64,000 nucleotides of DNA. Origin: Minisyncoccota bacterium (lineage in GTDB: Bacteria; Patescibacteriota; Minisyncoccia; Phycocordibacterales; UBA2100). Shown piece after piece: positions 9,950 to 23,500 of the stretch (positions are counted from its first letter, which is position 1; each line of letters begins with the position of its first letter). Where the stretch lies: NCBI GenBank assembly GCA_043780835.1, contig JAYWCB010000011.1, forward strand, positions 26,767-90,766, read 5' to 3'. The position numbers were made by a program, and so were the translations under genes. Below the pieces are notes generated by a model that saw only the letters and a list, made by a program, of their open reading frames with translations, was not told the origin of the DNA and made no database searches.

Positions 9950-11443
9950 ATGATGACCCGTCGCATATTGCAGGCATTATTTCTCGGGCTCGCTCTTATC
10001 GCGGTGCCTTCGCTCGCAAGTGCAGCGGAACTCTCATTTTCACCTGCGAGCGGGAGTTTTCCCAGCGGAAAAGAATTTGCGGTCAAAGTGCTGGTAAATC
10101 CCGGAGTTGATAGCATAAATGCCGCCGATGGAGTCATTGCATTCGATAAAGACGTTTTGTCAGTTTCAAGCGTTTCAAAAGACGGTTCGGCATTCTCCCT
10201 TTGGACTGCGGATCCTGCATTTTCTAATACGGACGGAACCATTGAATTTAGCGGCGGCACACCGACTGCATTTTCAAAATCGGGTACCGTTATTACGATC
10301 AAGTTCAAGGGCAAAAAAGTCGGTTCAGGCAAAGTGAGCTTCACGAAAGGTTCAGTACTCGCTGCCGACGGTAAGGGCACCAACGTGTATTCCAAAGGTG
10401 GCGAAGCGACATTTACCATCGAAGAAGCCGCGGCACCACCACCACCGCCGAAAGCCGTCGTTGCACCTCCTGCTGAAGTACCGCCTTCGGGTGAAGCGTT
10501 CGGCGGTTCTCCGCCTATCGCGCCGACGATGACCTCACCCACGCATCCCAAGCCTGAGAATTATTACGGTACGAGCACCGTAACTGTCGAGTGGAAAATC
10601 CCGCCCGACGTTATTGGGATCAAGATGCTTTTTTCAGATAAGGATACTGCGACGCCGAATGTTCTACTGAAAGCGGATGCGTCGTCTTCAACTCAGCGCA
10701 ACGTAGGTGATGGTGTGTGGTATTTTTACCTCCAATTTAAAAACGAGGCAGGGTGGGGAGAAGTCGGTAAACGAAAAATAATGATCGACACGGTGCCGCC
10801 TGCCGAATTTCAGATCGCACTCCTTGATCAGGGAGACGATGCAACGACTCCAAAAATAAGCATGAAAACAACTGACGACCTGGCCGGGATGGATCGGTAC
10901 GAAATATATTTTAATGACGCATCCGTTGGTACCGTAAAAGAGGCGGATCTCGGAACGGGTTTTTTGATACCACCGCAAGCGGGCGGTCCGACGAAAGTAA
11001 AAGTGAAGGCGTACGACAAAGCGGGAAACATACGTGAATCATCAAAAGAACTCACGCTTCCGCTCGTTGCGAAGCCGGTAAAAGGTGCCAAACCCGGTGA
11101 GGTGGTCGCGGTTCCCGGATTCTTTACGACCGAGCGAATACTGCTGCTTATATTCGCATTTGTAATCGGTGTACTTTCAACACTCAATCTCCGAAACCGA
11201 AAATCGAGCGAACGAGATCGTCTCCATATACTCACCGAAGTGGCGGCGGTGCGGGATAAAAACGATAAAATTTTCTCCGCCATGCGTGAAGAATTCGAAC
11301 AAATGGTTCAAGATTTGGATGAAAAACCTCAACTCACGCCGACTGAGCGCGACTTACTTGAGCGCATAAAAGAAGTGCTCGAGGTCTCTGAAGAAATCGT
11401 CGATACGGGAATGGACGCGCTCAAAAAGACGATACGGGGATAA
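9950..11443 (+). CDS. Membrane-anchored cohesin-like protein with Ig domains and cytoplasmic helical tail
   Basis: Signal peptide; F.VKV......INAADG.I.FD..VL.V..VSK..S.FSLW..DP......G.I.FSGG cohesin-like domain; Pro linker; C-terminal TM ILLLIFAFVIGVL. Confidence 0.8.
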   Translation: MMTRRILQALFLGLALIAVPSLASAAELSFSPASGSFPSGKEFAVKVLVNPGVDSINAADGVIAFDKDVLSVSSVSKDGSAFSLWTADPAFSNTDGTIEFSGGTPTAFSKSGTVITIKFKGKKVGSGKVSFTKGSVLAADGKGTNVYSKGGEATFTIEEAAAPPPPPKAVVAPPAEVPPSGEAFGGSPPIAPTMTSPTHPKPENYYGTSTVTVEWKIPPDVIGIKMLFSDKDTATPNVLLKADASSSTQRNVGDGVWYFYLQFKNEAGWGEVGKRKIMIDTVPPAEFQIALLDQGDDATTPKISMKTTDDLAGMDRYEIYFNDASVGTVKEADLGTGFLIPPQAGGPTKVKVKAYDKAGNIRESSKELTLPLVAKPVKGAKPGEVVAVPGFFTTERILLLIFAFVIGVLSTLNLRNRKSSERDRLHILTEVAAVRDKNDKIFSAMREEFEQMVQDLDEKPQLTPTERDLLERIKEVLEVSEEIVDTGMDALKKTIRG

Positions 11444-11587
11444 CTTTTATAGAAGTGAGGTTTTTACCCCTCAAAATTGTCCAGTCTTGGCTTGAAATCA
11501 GGACGAAATAACGAATTGCGGGTGATAAAATGAGGGGACGGATTTATACCGCATGCGGTGTGTTTTCCGTACACAAAAAAATACCCT

Positions 11588-14500
11588 ATGTTCCCGAGTG
11601 GAATTCTCAAAAAAAGACGCGCGCAACGAGTGCTCGCGGCACTTTTGGTTTTGGGAATTCTTGCATACCTCGCATATTCTTCGAGCGATCTTGTTGGGGC
11701 ATTTGGTGGCACGCGCGAAGCACACATATTTTCTACATCGGTTTCCGCTCAGGGGTGGGATCATTCTGAACGTGCCATATCCCAAGACCTTCCGGCGAAT
11801 GCACCGCTTGAATCGTTCAATGACACAAATTCCGCAGTCGCGGTCATGGTTGCGGTACCGAATGCAAATTCTGGAGGCAGCGGAAACGACACGGGAACTA
11901 CCACGCCTCAAGAAATACACTCCGATGCGTCTTCGACGCCTACGATCGCAACTTCTTCTCCTTCCGAAACGACAGCGCCCCAACAGAGTGCACCCAATCC
12001 CGCGCAACCCGCTCAGATCGTCGCGCCAGCTACGCCGCCGGTTGTAACGCCACCCACAGATACGCCTGCGATCCATGAATCGATTCCGTCGCAAACGCCT
12101 CCGGCAACTGATCCGGGACCCACTTCGTTGATCAGACAATTTATTCATACAACTGAGGAGATTGTGTTTGCACCGTTCGTACCAACGGTCTTTGCAACGA
12201 CGAGCGATGCCTCATCTTCGCCGGACGCGCCGTCGCTTCCGCAAGATTCGACGTCGAAGGATGAATACGTAGCGAGCTGCTTCTTGCAGCAGACCGAGTG
12301 TCATACGCTCGCGTTTTCCGGATTCGGTGTTACGGGTGACATTACGAAAAAGCATTTCAAACACGCACTGGTCAATTTTTCGTTTGCCGATTCCGCGGGA
12401 CGTGAGAACGGAACGCTCGATGACAAGCTCGAGGTTCGCTATTACCACGCCGGTAAATGGAAACAGGCCGGCGAAATGTATCTCAATAAGGACCTTTCGA
12501 ATGAATCGAACGGTGGCTATTTCTCCGCACCGCTCGACGATATAACCGATTGGCAATCGCTCGACGATTTGAAAGTGGTCATAGAGTACGTGCGCGCCGA
12601 CACCGGTAAATCCACCCGTTTGTATCTGGACAGTCTGTGGATCAACGCGCAGTACACGGATACGGTATTGAATATTTTGAATGGTTCGGCAGATCAAGCG
12701 ACGGACTCATCCGATAATGTCTCCCTTTCATTACGGGGACAGGATGACGCGCATCGTACGCTTGTGCTCCCCGACGGAAACAATATTTCATTCAATTTCA
12801 CAGACGATCTCGATGACGGGCTGCCGATGCGTTCAGATCGAAAAGTGTATACGTCTGATGCCTCATCAAGCGACGGGTTATTCCGATCGACCGTATACGT
12901 GAGCGTCTCGAATCCGGGAGATAGCCCCGACTCGTTTACGTGGTCCGGAGCGTTTTTCGAGGGGAAGGGCAGTGTGACCGGCATTTCGCAGTTTTTACGC
13001 AATGTTGCGAGTTCCACAGAAGCATCGGTTCAGAACGACGTCACATATCTCTGCGATTCGCAGTGGCAGAGTGCAACGACTACTGGCAGTTACAGTTGCT
13101 CAGCGACAGGGGAAGTACATCAATGTTCATGGTTGAACGCGACGAAACAAAATTGTCTCGAGTCCGACGTGACGGTGGCGACAAGCAGCAGTGTCGCGTA
13201 TCTCAATGATTGGGTACCACAGGATATCGAGGTCGTGCAAAGTGCCGATGACACGAAACTACCCAACGGCTACAAAACGAAGAACCGCACTCGTAAATCA
13301 TTTGATATTCTACCGGGCCAAACATTGTATTTCCGTGTGCAGCTCGAAACCACACAGCCTGATCCGCAAAAGTTTTATCTGTATGTAAACGGCGGTACTA
13401 AATCCGGCGATCTTGAATCGGCACGTCTTAAAAAAGAAAGCGATCTCGTCGCACAAAAAAACCGGAAAGGCACCGTGCACAAAGGGGTGCCGCATGTGAA
13501 GCGTGCGCAACTCAATGACCAGCTGTCAGAAAAGACAGAATTCAATGCCGACGACCGGCCCTCGTTTGAATTTAAGTTCAAGACGCAGCGCGGATTATTT
13601 ACACGAATCAAAGACCGATTGCTCGGAACGAAGGTTGCGTTTGAAATCAAAGATACGAAAATCGAAGATGCCAACGGCGATGAGACACGGTTACCGGTCG
13701 ACATCAATTACGGAAGCGACGAGACCTGGAATCTGACGCTCGGCTCGCCGACGAGGGAAATTAAACCGGGAAAATACACGATCGATATGACAATCATCGA
13801 GGCGGGTCATACATACACCGATACGGTCGACTTCTTTTGGGGAGTGCTTGCAGAGAACACGGACAAAGCGACGTATGAACCTGGGGAAAACGCGCATTTT
13901 GAAATGGCTGCACTGACCGACAGCGGTAACACGATGTGCGATGCATCATTAGTGCTTTCCATCACCGCGCCCTCGGGCGAGATCACCGACGTGCCGGTGC
14001 AAAACGGACTCGGCTGCGGTATGAACAATGTGACTGATCAGCCTGACTATTTTGCAGACTACACAGTCGATGAAATCGGCACGTCGACGGTTACTCTTTC
14101 CCGTCTTGATCAGAATGGCTCCGTCATTAATTCCGTCACGGATGTGTTTTATGTGGAAGTGGCCCCCGCCCTTTCGGTATCTCGTACCGGTCCGACGCGT
14201 ATCTACCCAATCGCAACATATCCGATGTCGATTGAAGTCACGGCGAACGAGGCATTTACCGGAACCGTTACAGAAAGCCTGCCCGAAGGATTCACTGTCC
14301 CTGATGCCGGGGGTGCCACACTCACGCGAGACAAAGGCGTTGTGTATCTTACCTGGAACGTGTCGCTCGCGGTGGGCGAAACTGCGGATTTCTCCTATGT
14401 GTTTGACGCGCCCGATGCGAGCCCGTATCTCTACTTGCTCGGACCGCTCAAATTTACGCGCTCAGATGGGTCTGGTTTTGAAGAAGGCCGCACGTGGAAA

Positions 14501-17500
14501 GTTGCGTCCGACGCAGTGCCTGTTGCAACCGGTGTCGCATGGCTCACCGGCACCTCAACCACAAACGGAAATGATCTTAACAACAACACGCCATTCGCGC
14601 TGCAATTTGATAAATCAGAAGATTACGACGATGCGTATTATTCACACTCCACATCTACGAGTCCGTCGCGGCTCACGGTCAATATTGCCGGTGATTATTT
14701 GGTTGCGGTCAACGTACCGTGGGAGCGAGCAGACACGAGTAGAAATCCGACAACACTCGAAGTCGATATCCGTGTAAACGGCGCAAAACAAACCGTAGGC
14801 GTCGGTCGCAGTTACACGCTTACCCGAAGCGGCGTCGGTGAATCATCGAGTCACGTGTACGCACTCGTCAGAAATTTGAGCGTCGGTGACTACATTGAGG
14901 CATATTCGCACACAATCACAACAGTTACCGCGGGAGATGTCATGCTTGTAGGAACGCGCGCATCAATGTATGTGGAATATATTCCCTCGACTGAAACTGT
15001 GTACACCGCAACCGCAACGACAACCGTCGCGGATACAAATCTGAACACAACCGGTGCAACAAAAGTGGTGTGGTACGACGGACGCAAGGATACCGGATAT
15101 ACGCACGCAAATGCAACCACATCCTCACCGGAGAATGTCACGATTGCCGCGACGGGAGATTACATGACATTTATTAATATTCCGCTCAACGGCGCTGTTG
15201 CCGGAGAAAACGTGCGGGCACGCGTGGTACTCAACGGAGTCGTCGTGACCGGAGGAAATTTCAAGCAGGGCTATATTTCAAATTCGGCGGGAGCAACACA
15301 ATCATCGCTGCAATGGAGCGGTGTGGTACACGCAACATCTTCGAATTCGGTATTCACCGTCGATGTGCAGCAGGAAGGCGCCGCGGGGACCATGACCGTG
15401 GGAAGTGACGTCGGATCGTTGTTTATGCAAAAACTGCCGTCAACTGATGTATATTTCGGCAGCGGTCAAACGCTTTCAGGCGGTGGAACCAACTTCAACA
15501 TTACGCCGGCACAATCGATCCGGTATGCCACGGATACCGTTGCCGACCTTAATGCGTACACACACTCAACGACAACAAATTCCCACCAAGTTACGGTAAA
15601 AAAAGCAGGGGATTACCTCCTCGCGATTAATGATTCGCTCTCGGGCGCAGTCACACGCGGCAACATCATTATTCAAGTGCAGAAGAACGGTGTCGATGTA
15701 AGCGGAGCTGCGACAAAAAATCATTACATGTCAGGTGTGAGCACGCATTCGGAATATTCCGGATCGCTTGTCTTTATGCTGCGCGATCTGGCGGTGAACG
15801 ACGTCATTTCGGTAACAACGGTTCTCACAGGAACTGCAGGTACGGTAACCGCAGATGAGGGCGCATCGATTATGTTGTGGCGGAAAAATCCACAAAGCTT
15901 GTATCAGCAAAACACCTATCGTTGGTACGCAAACGTGAACGGGGAACCGCCCACGGATCCGTGGCCATCCGGCGCAGTCGATGTGCTTCAGGGTGATCCG
16001 ATCACCAACGGTATTCCCATAAAGTCGTCCGATGTAGTGCGTTTGCGGATGAACCTCCTTGCGGTTTCAACCACAACCGCATTTGCCGACTCATTTAAAC
16101 TGCAATACGCGGCCGGATCAACGTGCTCGGCGGCACTTTCTTGGACGGATGTAGGAGCAATCGGAAGCGGTGCAATCTGGCGGGGATATGATAACGCCGG
16201 CGTGACGAATAACACGACACTCTCTTCAACCACACTCACAAATTCAAATGTAAAAGAATCGTATGTCGAACAGAACCCCTCGACGACCACGCCCAACGGC
16301 GTGGGCACCGGACAAAATGCCGAGTACGACTGGACGCTGCAAGACAACGGCGCGACTGTCGGCGGAGATTATTGTTTCCGTATGGTGGACGCAACGACCG
16401 GTCAAGGACTCAAAAGTTATCTTGATTATCCGGCGCTCACCACAAACTCGACGCCGGACATACCGGTACTGGCGGCCCCGTTCGATAACGAGAAATCGAC
16501 CAGTACCACGCCATGGTTCGATTTTGCCGCTGCAGAAATAAACGGAGAGAATGTGCATTACGAAGTACAGGTTTCGACCGATCCCAATTTCGGTACAACG
16601 CTTTTGGATCGCGATTCGTTTACAAATTATGTCGAGTTCCAAAACACGACGTCTCCCGCGAATAAATCCCCGTTCAATCAATCCGATAAAATACGATTTA
16701 TTCCGACAACCGCGCTTTCAAACGGGACAACCTACTGGTGGCGAGTCCGGGCAAAAGACCCGACAGGCACCAACACCTACGGAAGTTGGTCGATATCGCG
16801 CAGTGTCACGGTGGATACCTCGGTGACTGTCTCCACATGGCATCAAACAACGCAGGCGCAGTTCCTCGAAGATCAATTGCTGAGTGCGACAACGACCATT
16901 GCCAATGACGTGCAAATCAGCGGCGTACTTGCAACCAGTACCGTCATTTCGCCACAGATTAATTTCAGTGGTATGACCTACGGTAATACGTGGGGATCAT
17001 TGACGTGGAACGATGCACACGTGCTCGGCACGATCATGTACCAGGTGCAATATTTTACATCGACCTCATCGTGGGCACTGATTCCTGATACGGATTTACC
17101 GGGCAATTCGCTCGGCACATCCACACAACCTATTTCACTTGCCAATCTCGATGTGACAACGTATGGCGCACTGCGCGTTGTTGCAAATATGACGAGAACA
17201 ACGGGAACTCCAACACTCTTTGACTGGACCGTAAACACCGCGCTCTCCGTCACGAAACCGGTGTTATCAAAACCCTTCGATAATGAAAAGACCGCAACAA
17301 CGACGCCAACATTCCAATTTATATCAACAGATCCACAGAGCGATCGTCTTCGGTATCAAGTCGAATGGTCGACCGATTCGGCGTTTGGTACCGGAACATT
17401 CCGCATATCCGGCACAAATGCGGGCTTTAGTAATACCGCCTCGTCAACCGACACCGATCCATTTACACAGAACAATACGATACAGTTTCAACTACAGAGT

Positions 17501-20500
17501 GCAGACGTGCTCACCAACGGAACGACGTATTGGTGGCGTGTTCGGGCAATTGACCCGACGGGAGGTAACGCGTTTTCACAGTGGTCTGCGGGGAACAGCT
17601 TTACGGTCGACACATCGCTTGCGGTTTCGACGTGGTTCCAGACAACACAGGCACAATTTGCGAAAGACACGTTCATTCGTACGATAGCGTCGACTTCGAA
17701 TTCGGTGATTTCATCCGTCGATACGGGAAAAATCGCAATCTTCCGTACTGCGACGGCAGGTGAGGCACTGACGACATCGGTATTCACACATGGATTCGAT
17801 ACGACTGTACGGCGCGATGATGTGTATGCGCTTTCAGGCACAACGACTGTCGGATTGAAGAAAGGTCACTATGCAGTGCTCTATAGTACGCGATTTGATT
17901 CCACCGGCGGCACAAACAGAACGGATGCACAAACGAATTTGAATATTGCTGGCGTGAACAGTCCAATCGGATGGTCGTCGTCATATCTGCGCCGCTTAAA
18001 CGGTGCGCAAGAAGGATTCAATGCGGGCGGTGGCATTATTTATGCACCTGCAGACTCGACGCAAGTGCTGTTGCAATCATTCCGAACTGATGCCAACGTC
18101 GCAGCGACAGAGACGCGTGTCGCAAGTACTACGCTGCAATTTGTAAAACTGGACGATGCATGGGATTACGTGCGACTGGGAAAGAAAGTTAAACAAACCG
18201 GACCGACGTCCGCCTCGTGGTTGACGATTTCGTATGATCGTCAGGATGAACTCGACACAGGATCGTTTGATCATACTGTCGGATCAGGCAACATCACACT
18301 CAAGAGTGTTGGTCACTATCTTATATTTGCAAACACGTACGGATCACTCGCAACCGGATCCACCATTCCATCTCAAGTGAAACAAAAAATCATCTTGAAC
18401 GGTGCAGATGTGGAAGGCAGCTTCACGACGGTCTATATGAACGGCAACGCCAACGGAAATGCCGTCTATCAAGGTGCGGCCGCAATCGGTATGATTATTG
18501 AATCAACAACCACAAACACCGTGTTGAACGTGCAGCTTGCTCGATCGATCGGCACCTCAGCGTGGTCAATCGATGCAGATAATACGGGTGCGTATGTAGA
18601 TCGCACCGGTGTGACGATTGTAAAAATTCCGGACGGGAGCTTCGTTCGTTTGCAGAATTCAAGCGCGATCAATATCAATACCGCCACCACGAGTGCATAT
18701 GTATGGGATACCGAGAACGAAAAAGACGCCTCATTTACGCACAGTAATTCGACAAACAACTCCCGCATTACGGCGACGGTTGCCGGTGACTACCTCTTGT
18801 TCGGTAACCTTTTTGCCCAAGGAGCGAACTTGACCGACGGTGAACCGGGATTCTCGTGGGCGAAAAATGCAGCGCTCATTCCGTATGGCGTCTCGGGAAC
18901 ATACAGTGCAAATATAACAACCAGCGATGCCGGAAATTGGTCGGGTATGATCATGCCGAGCGTTGTGAACGGTGATTTCTTCGAGTTTATGTCGGAAGCA
19001 TACGGGCTTGCCGGGTCCATGCCGGGCGATCGTAAGGCGCTCGAAGGTATGCGAATCGCATCACTCACCGAAGCCGACACCAACCCGGTCACTGTCGAAT
19101 CTCAAAGTATCAATTTCTCCGATGGCACCGGTCCGAAATGGGCAACGTTTTCGTGGAGCGCAACACAGCCCGCGTCGACTTCGCTCAAAATGCAATTGGA
19201 ATACTTGAACGCCTCGGGAACATACGCACTCGTTCCGGATAATGCCGGCTTTATCGCGGGGTATCTCAACTCTGTGGGTACTACATCGACCTCTACTATT
19301 AACATTTCAGGCCTCTCGCGTATTACATACGCCACCATTCGCGGTCTTGCGACCTTTACGTGCGGTAACAACAATTGTCCGACACTCGATGATTGGACCG
19401 CAAGTTGGGCGCAAGGAATTCAGATTTCAGGTACGGCCAAGAAATTCGATGAAACCACGAATGTAACGAGCGGTACCGTAGCGGTTGCGGTGAACGGCGT
19501 GCTGCAAGCGGGAAAAACAGGTACGATTTCTGCCGGTGTGTGGACGATCGCAAACGTGACGGCTTTTACCGGTGATGTGATCACGGTCTATATTTCCGGC
19601 GCTGCTGATCCCAATGAGGCGGTTGCCGTTAGTAAATATCTTACGACCGGAGATGTAACCGGCATGGAGCTCTACGAAGATCATTTGTCACTCGGTTCAA
19701 ATGACAACCCGACACTGACGAATGCCGATATTGACCTCTATGATAATTCAACATCCGGCAACGAAGATATTTTCGACAATGTAACCGCAGGGCCCGATTT
19801 GCTCGTGTGTGCAATTACCGGCTGTTCCGGTAACAAATTATATATTCGCGTAGGAACCACCTTTGAGCCAAATGTCTCACTCAGTCGCAGTGTCACCACA
19901 AAGGATATTTCCATCAAAGGTATCCTCATCGCCGACGGCAACTCGATAAACGTAAGCGGCTCGTGGGCCGATAGCGGACAATTTGCGAAGGGCAATTCAA
20001 CCGTGAATTTCACCGCAACATCTACCACGGAAAGCGTTGACTTCACCGGTGCAACGTCAACGTCATTCAATAACGCGACGTTCGGTTCATCGGGTACTGC
20101 AACGTGGAACCTCTTGAGCGCACTCGACGTTACGGGCACGCTCACCATCAACAACGGTACGCTCTCACAAAACGGTAATCACCTCATTACGCTCTCCGGC
20201 GATCTCACGATCGGTTCGAGCGGTGCATTCACAAAAGGGACGGCATCCACCACGTTCAACGGTACGACATCAAAGATTTGGACCGATAGTAGTGCATCAA
20301 AACAAGATCTGGGCGATGTATTTATAGACGGCGCTGCAAAAACAGTGACGCTCGGTTCCAGCGTAAAGGCGACGAACATCACGATCGGAGCGGACGATAC
20401 GTTCAATTTGGGCGGTGCAAATACTGTCACCGTAAATGGTAATTGGACAAACAATAATGCGTTCGTGCCGCAAACCGGCACCGTGCTTTTCGCCGCAATG

Positions 20501-23500
20501 ACAACCGGAAACACAATTACCCCGGGAACATCCGGTTTCTATAACCTCACGTTCAACGGCTCGGGCGGTAACTGGGCATTCTCCGGCGCGACCGCTTCAA
20601 TTACAAATGACTTCACCGTCACCAACGGTACGATTACACTCCCGACCGGCACCACCACCATTGCCGGCAATTTTTCAAACAGCGCCACCTTCCAACATAA
20701 CAACGGCACCGTACTGCTTACCGCCGCTTCTGCAAAAACAATCACGACGGGGGCATCTACTTTTTACGACCTCACGTTTAACGGATCAGGTTCATGGTCG
20801 TTCACCGCAGCGAATGCCACATCATCACGCAATGTCACGATAACGACAGGCACCGTTACCATGCCGTCGGGTACCTTTGCAATCGGCGGATTCTTTGCAA
20901 AGAACGGCGGATCATTTACGCACAATAGCGGTACGCTCAAATTCACCGCAACAACCGCGCAAACACTGAAGCTCGGCGGATCAGATGCAAATAACCTCAC
21001 ATTCTCCGGAGTCGGTGGGTCGTGGAGTTTTGCCGATACAAATGCCACATCGACCGGCACGTTCAGGATAGAAAACGGCACGACGACGCTTCCATCGGGA
21101 CTCTTTACGGTTGCCGGCTCGTGGACAATCGCGGGTGGTGCATTCGTGCACAACAGCGGTACCGTGAAATTCAATGCTGGCTCGTCCGGTCAAACGATCC
21201 AGCCGAACGGCTCAAACTTCTTCAATATTGATTTCAATGGTGCGTCAGGCGGCTGGACCATTGCACAAAGCGCAACCTCGACCAATAATTTCACCCTCAC
21301 CAACGCCGCCACATTTACGCTCGGGAGCGGATTCTCGCTTGGTGTTGGCGGGACGTTTACGAATGCGGTTGCACCAGCAACAACAACATGGAGCGGTAGC
21401 ACTCTCACGCTGTATTCCGGCGGTACGTATTCGATCAACACAAAATCAAACGCGGGAGATACGTACGCGACGCTTGTCATCTCTTCAACGACGAAAATTT
21501 CAATGTGGAATTCTTCGGCTTCCACGTCCACTGTCTCAAGCGGAAGCTATCTATACTCACAAAACAATGCCGCCGTTTCCGGCGATCTCTACATTGCGGG
21601 TGTTTACACACGATCGTCCGGTACCGAATATTGGAGTTATGCGACAGACTTCGATGGTACTGCACTCGGCGGCTCATCGAGAAGAGTCAACGTGCGCGTC
21701 GCGACCTCGTCCACGCTCACGTTCTCCGGTGGGACGCTTCAGATTTTGGGTTCAGCAAGTGCGTCTACCACCATTGATAATCAGGGAAGCGGCGCATACG
21801 CGTTTGCGGTTTCAGGAGGCACGCTGAACGCGCAGTACTACCAGGTGCGCAACACTGATTTGAATGGACTCAATATTTCCGGCGCGACGTCTATTTCGTC
21901 GCTTTCTGATGGTGATTTCCAACTCGGCGTGAACGGCGGGACCATGATCAAAGTTGCGAGTACGGTCATTGATGCGAACGTTGCATTCCAAATTTTACGC
22001 AACCGCTTCGCCACGTCGTCGGGTGTGAGCGTTGGTTCAAACGTGACGGAAACCGGCGTGCCCGGTTCGTATTGGTGGTTCAGAAGCCACTACGGCAATT
22101 ATGCGGGAGAAAGCTTCGACAACGATCCCAAAGTAAGCGATGGCGGTAATCCCGGATACATTCGGTGGGATGACTCAAATCTCTCGATCAATATTTCCGG
22201 CCGCGTATATTCTGATCACGGTTCGACAGTGATCGGCAATCCGCCGTGCGATGGCGTAACACCGGTCGTGAAGCTCGTTGTAAATAGCGGCACCTCATAT
22301 ACCGCTGCGTGTAATGCAGGTACCGGTTTGTATACGATCTCCGGTGTGACCGTTGTGGGCGACGTTGTGCTCACTGCATTTTTGGATACCAACGGCGGCA
22401 CGCGCGCGGTAACCATTTCGCGTACGCCGAGCGCCGACATCGCGAATTTCGATCTCTATCAGGACGTGGTTATTGTCCGTCACGAAGACGTAACGCCGAT
22501 CACCATCGCACAACTCGCGTTTTACGACAGCACAAAAGATACGGACATTCCGTTTACGGCATCGACGAGTACACCGCCATCCACGCTCGCTGTGAAGCCG
22601 GGCACAGAATTGTATGTGTGGGCAGGCAAAACATTTACACCGGGCGGCAACGTGACATTGCAGAGCGGAGGAAACGGCAACATACGAGACGGGCGACTCA
22701 TGCTTGCAACGAGCTCTGCGTACCTTGCAACCGGATCCGAAACACACGCAATCGGAGGCGGCCTGTCACTTGCAAGCGGAGACACGTTCGGGACGGCAAG
22801 CTCAACATTTACATTCACCGCAACCACCACGAATAAATCATTCAATTCTTCAATCGCGCTCTCGTTTTACAATCTCGTGTTCAACGGAACCGGCGGCGGA
22901 TGGTCGCTCGATAGTGCAGCTACCACGAGCGTGACAAATTCGTTTGCAATGACTGCGGGCACACTTTCGGGGACGGGGGACATGAATATTACTTCGGGAA
23001 GCGCGACTGGCGGGGGCACCATCGCGATGACAGGCGGCACACTCCAACTGACGGGAAGCGGATCAATTGGCAGCGCCTCATCATGGACGTTCAACAACCT
23101 TATTCTTGGAAGTGGCGCGGTTGATTCAACATCAAAAACGGGTGTGGGCACCACGACCGTCAGCGGCATGCTGCGAATAACGTCCGGCCAAACGCTGAAC
23201 GCGAGCTCAACAAATTGGGTATTTACCGGCGGCGGGTCTCCGTTTGTGGTAAACGGTACATTCAATGTGCAATCCGCGCCGTTCTTCTTCACTTCGAATG
23301 CTTCAACCACCATTGCCGACGTCACGTATGCCATGCTCACGCTCGCACCGGCGAGCGCGGGAACACCGGTGTACACACTGAAAGGTGGAGCGCTCTCAGC
23401 AAGCGTGCTTACGCTCGGTGGTGTGAATCCCGTCCTTGTCGATGCAGACTTCAATGACCCGTCGATTGGAATAACCGGAACCGTGACGATTGGCGCGGGC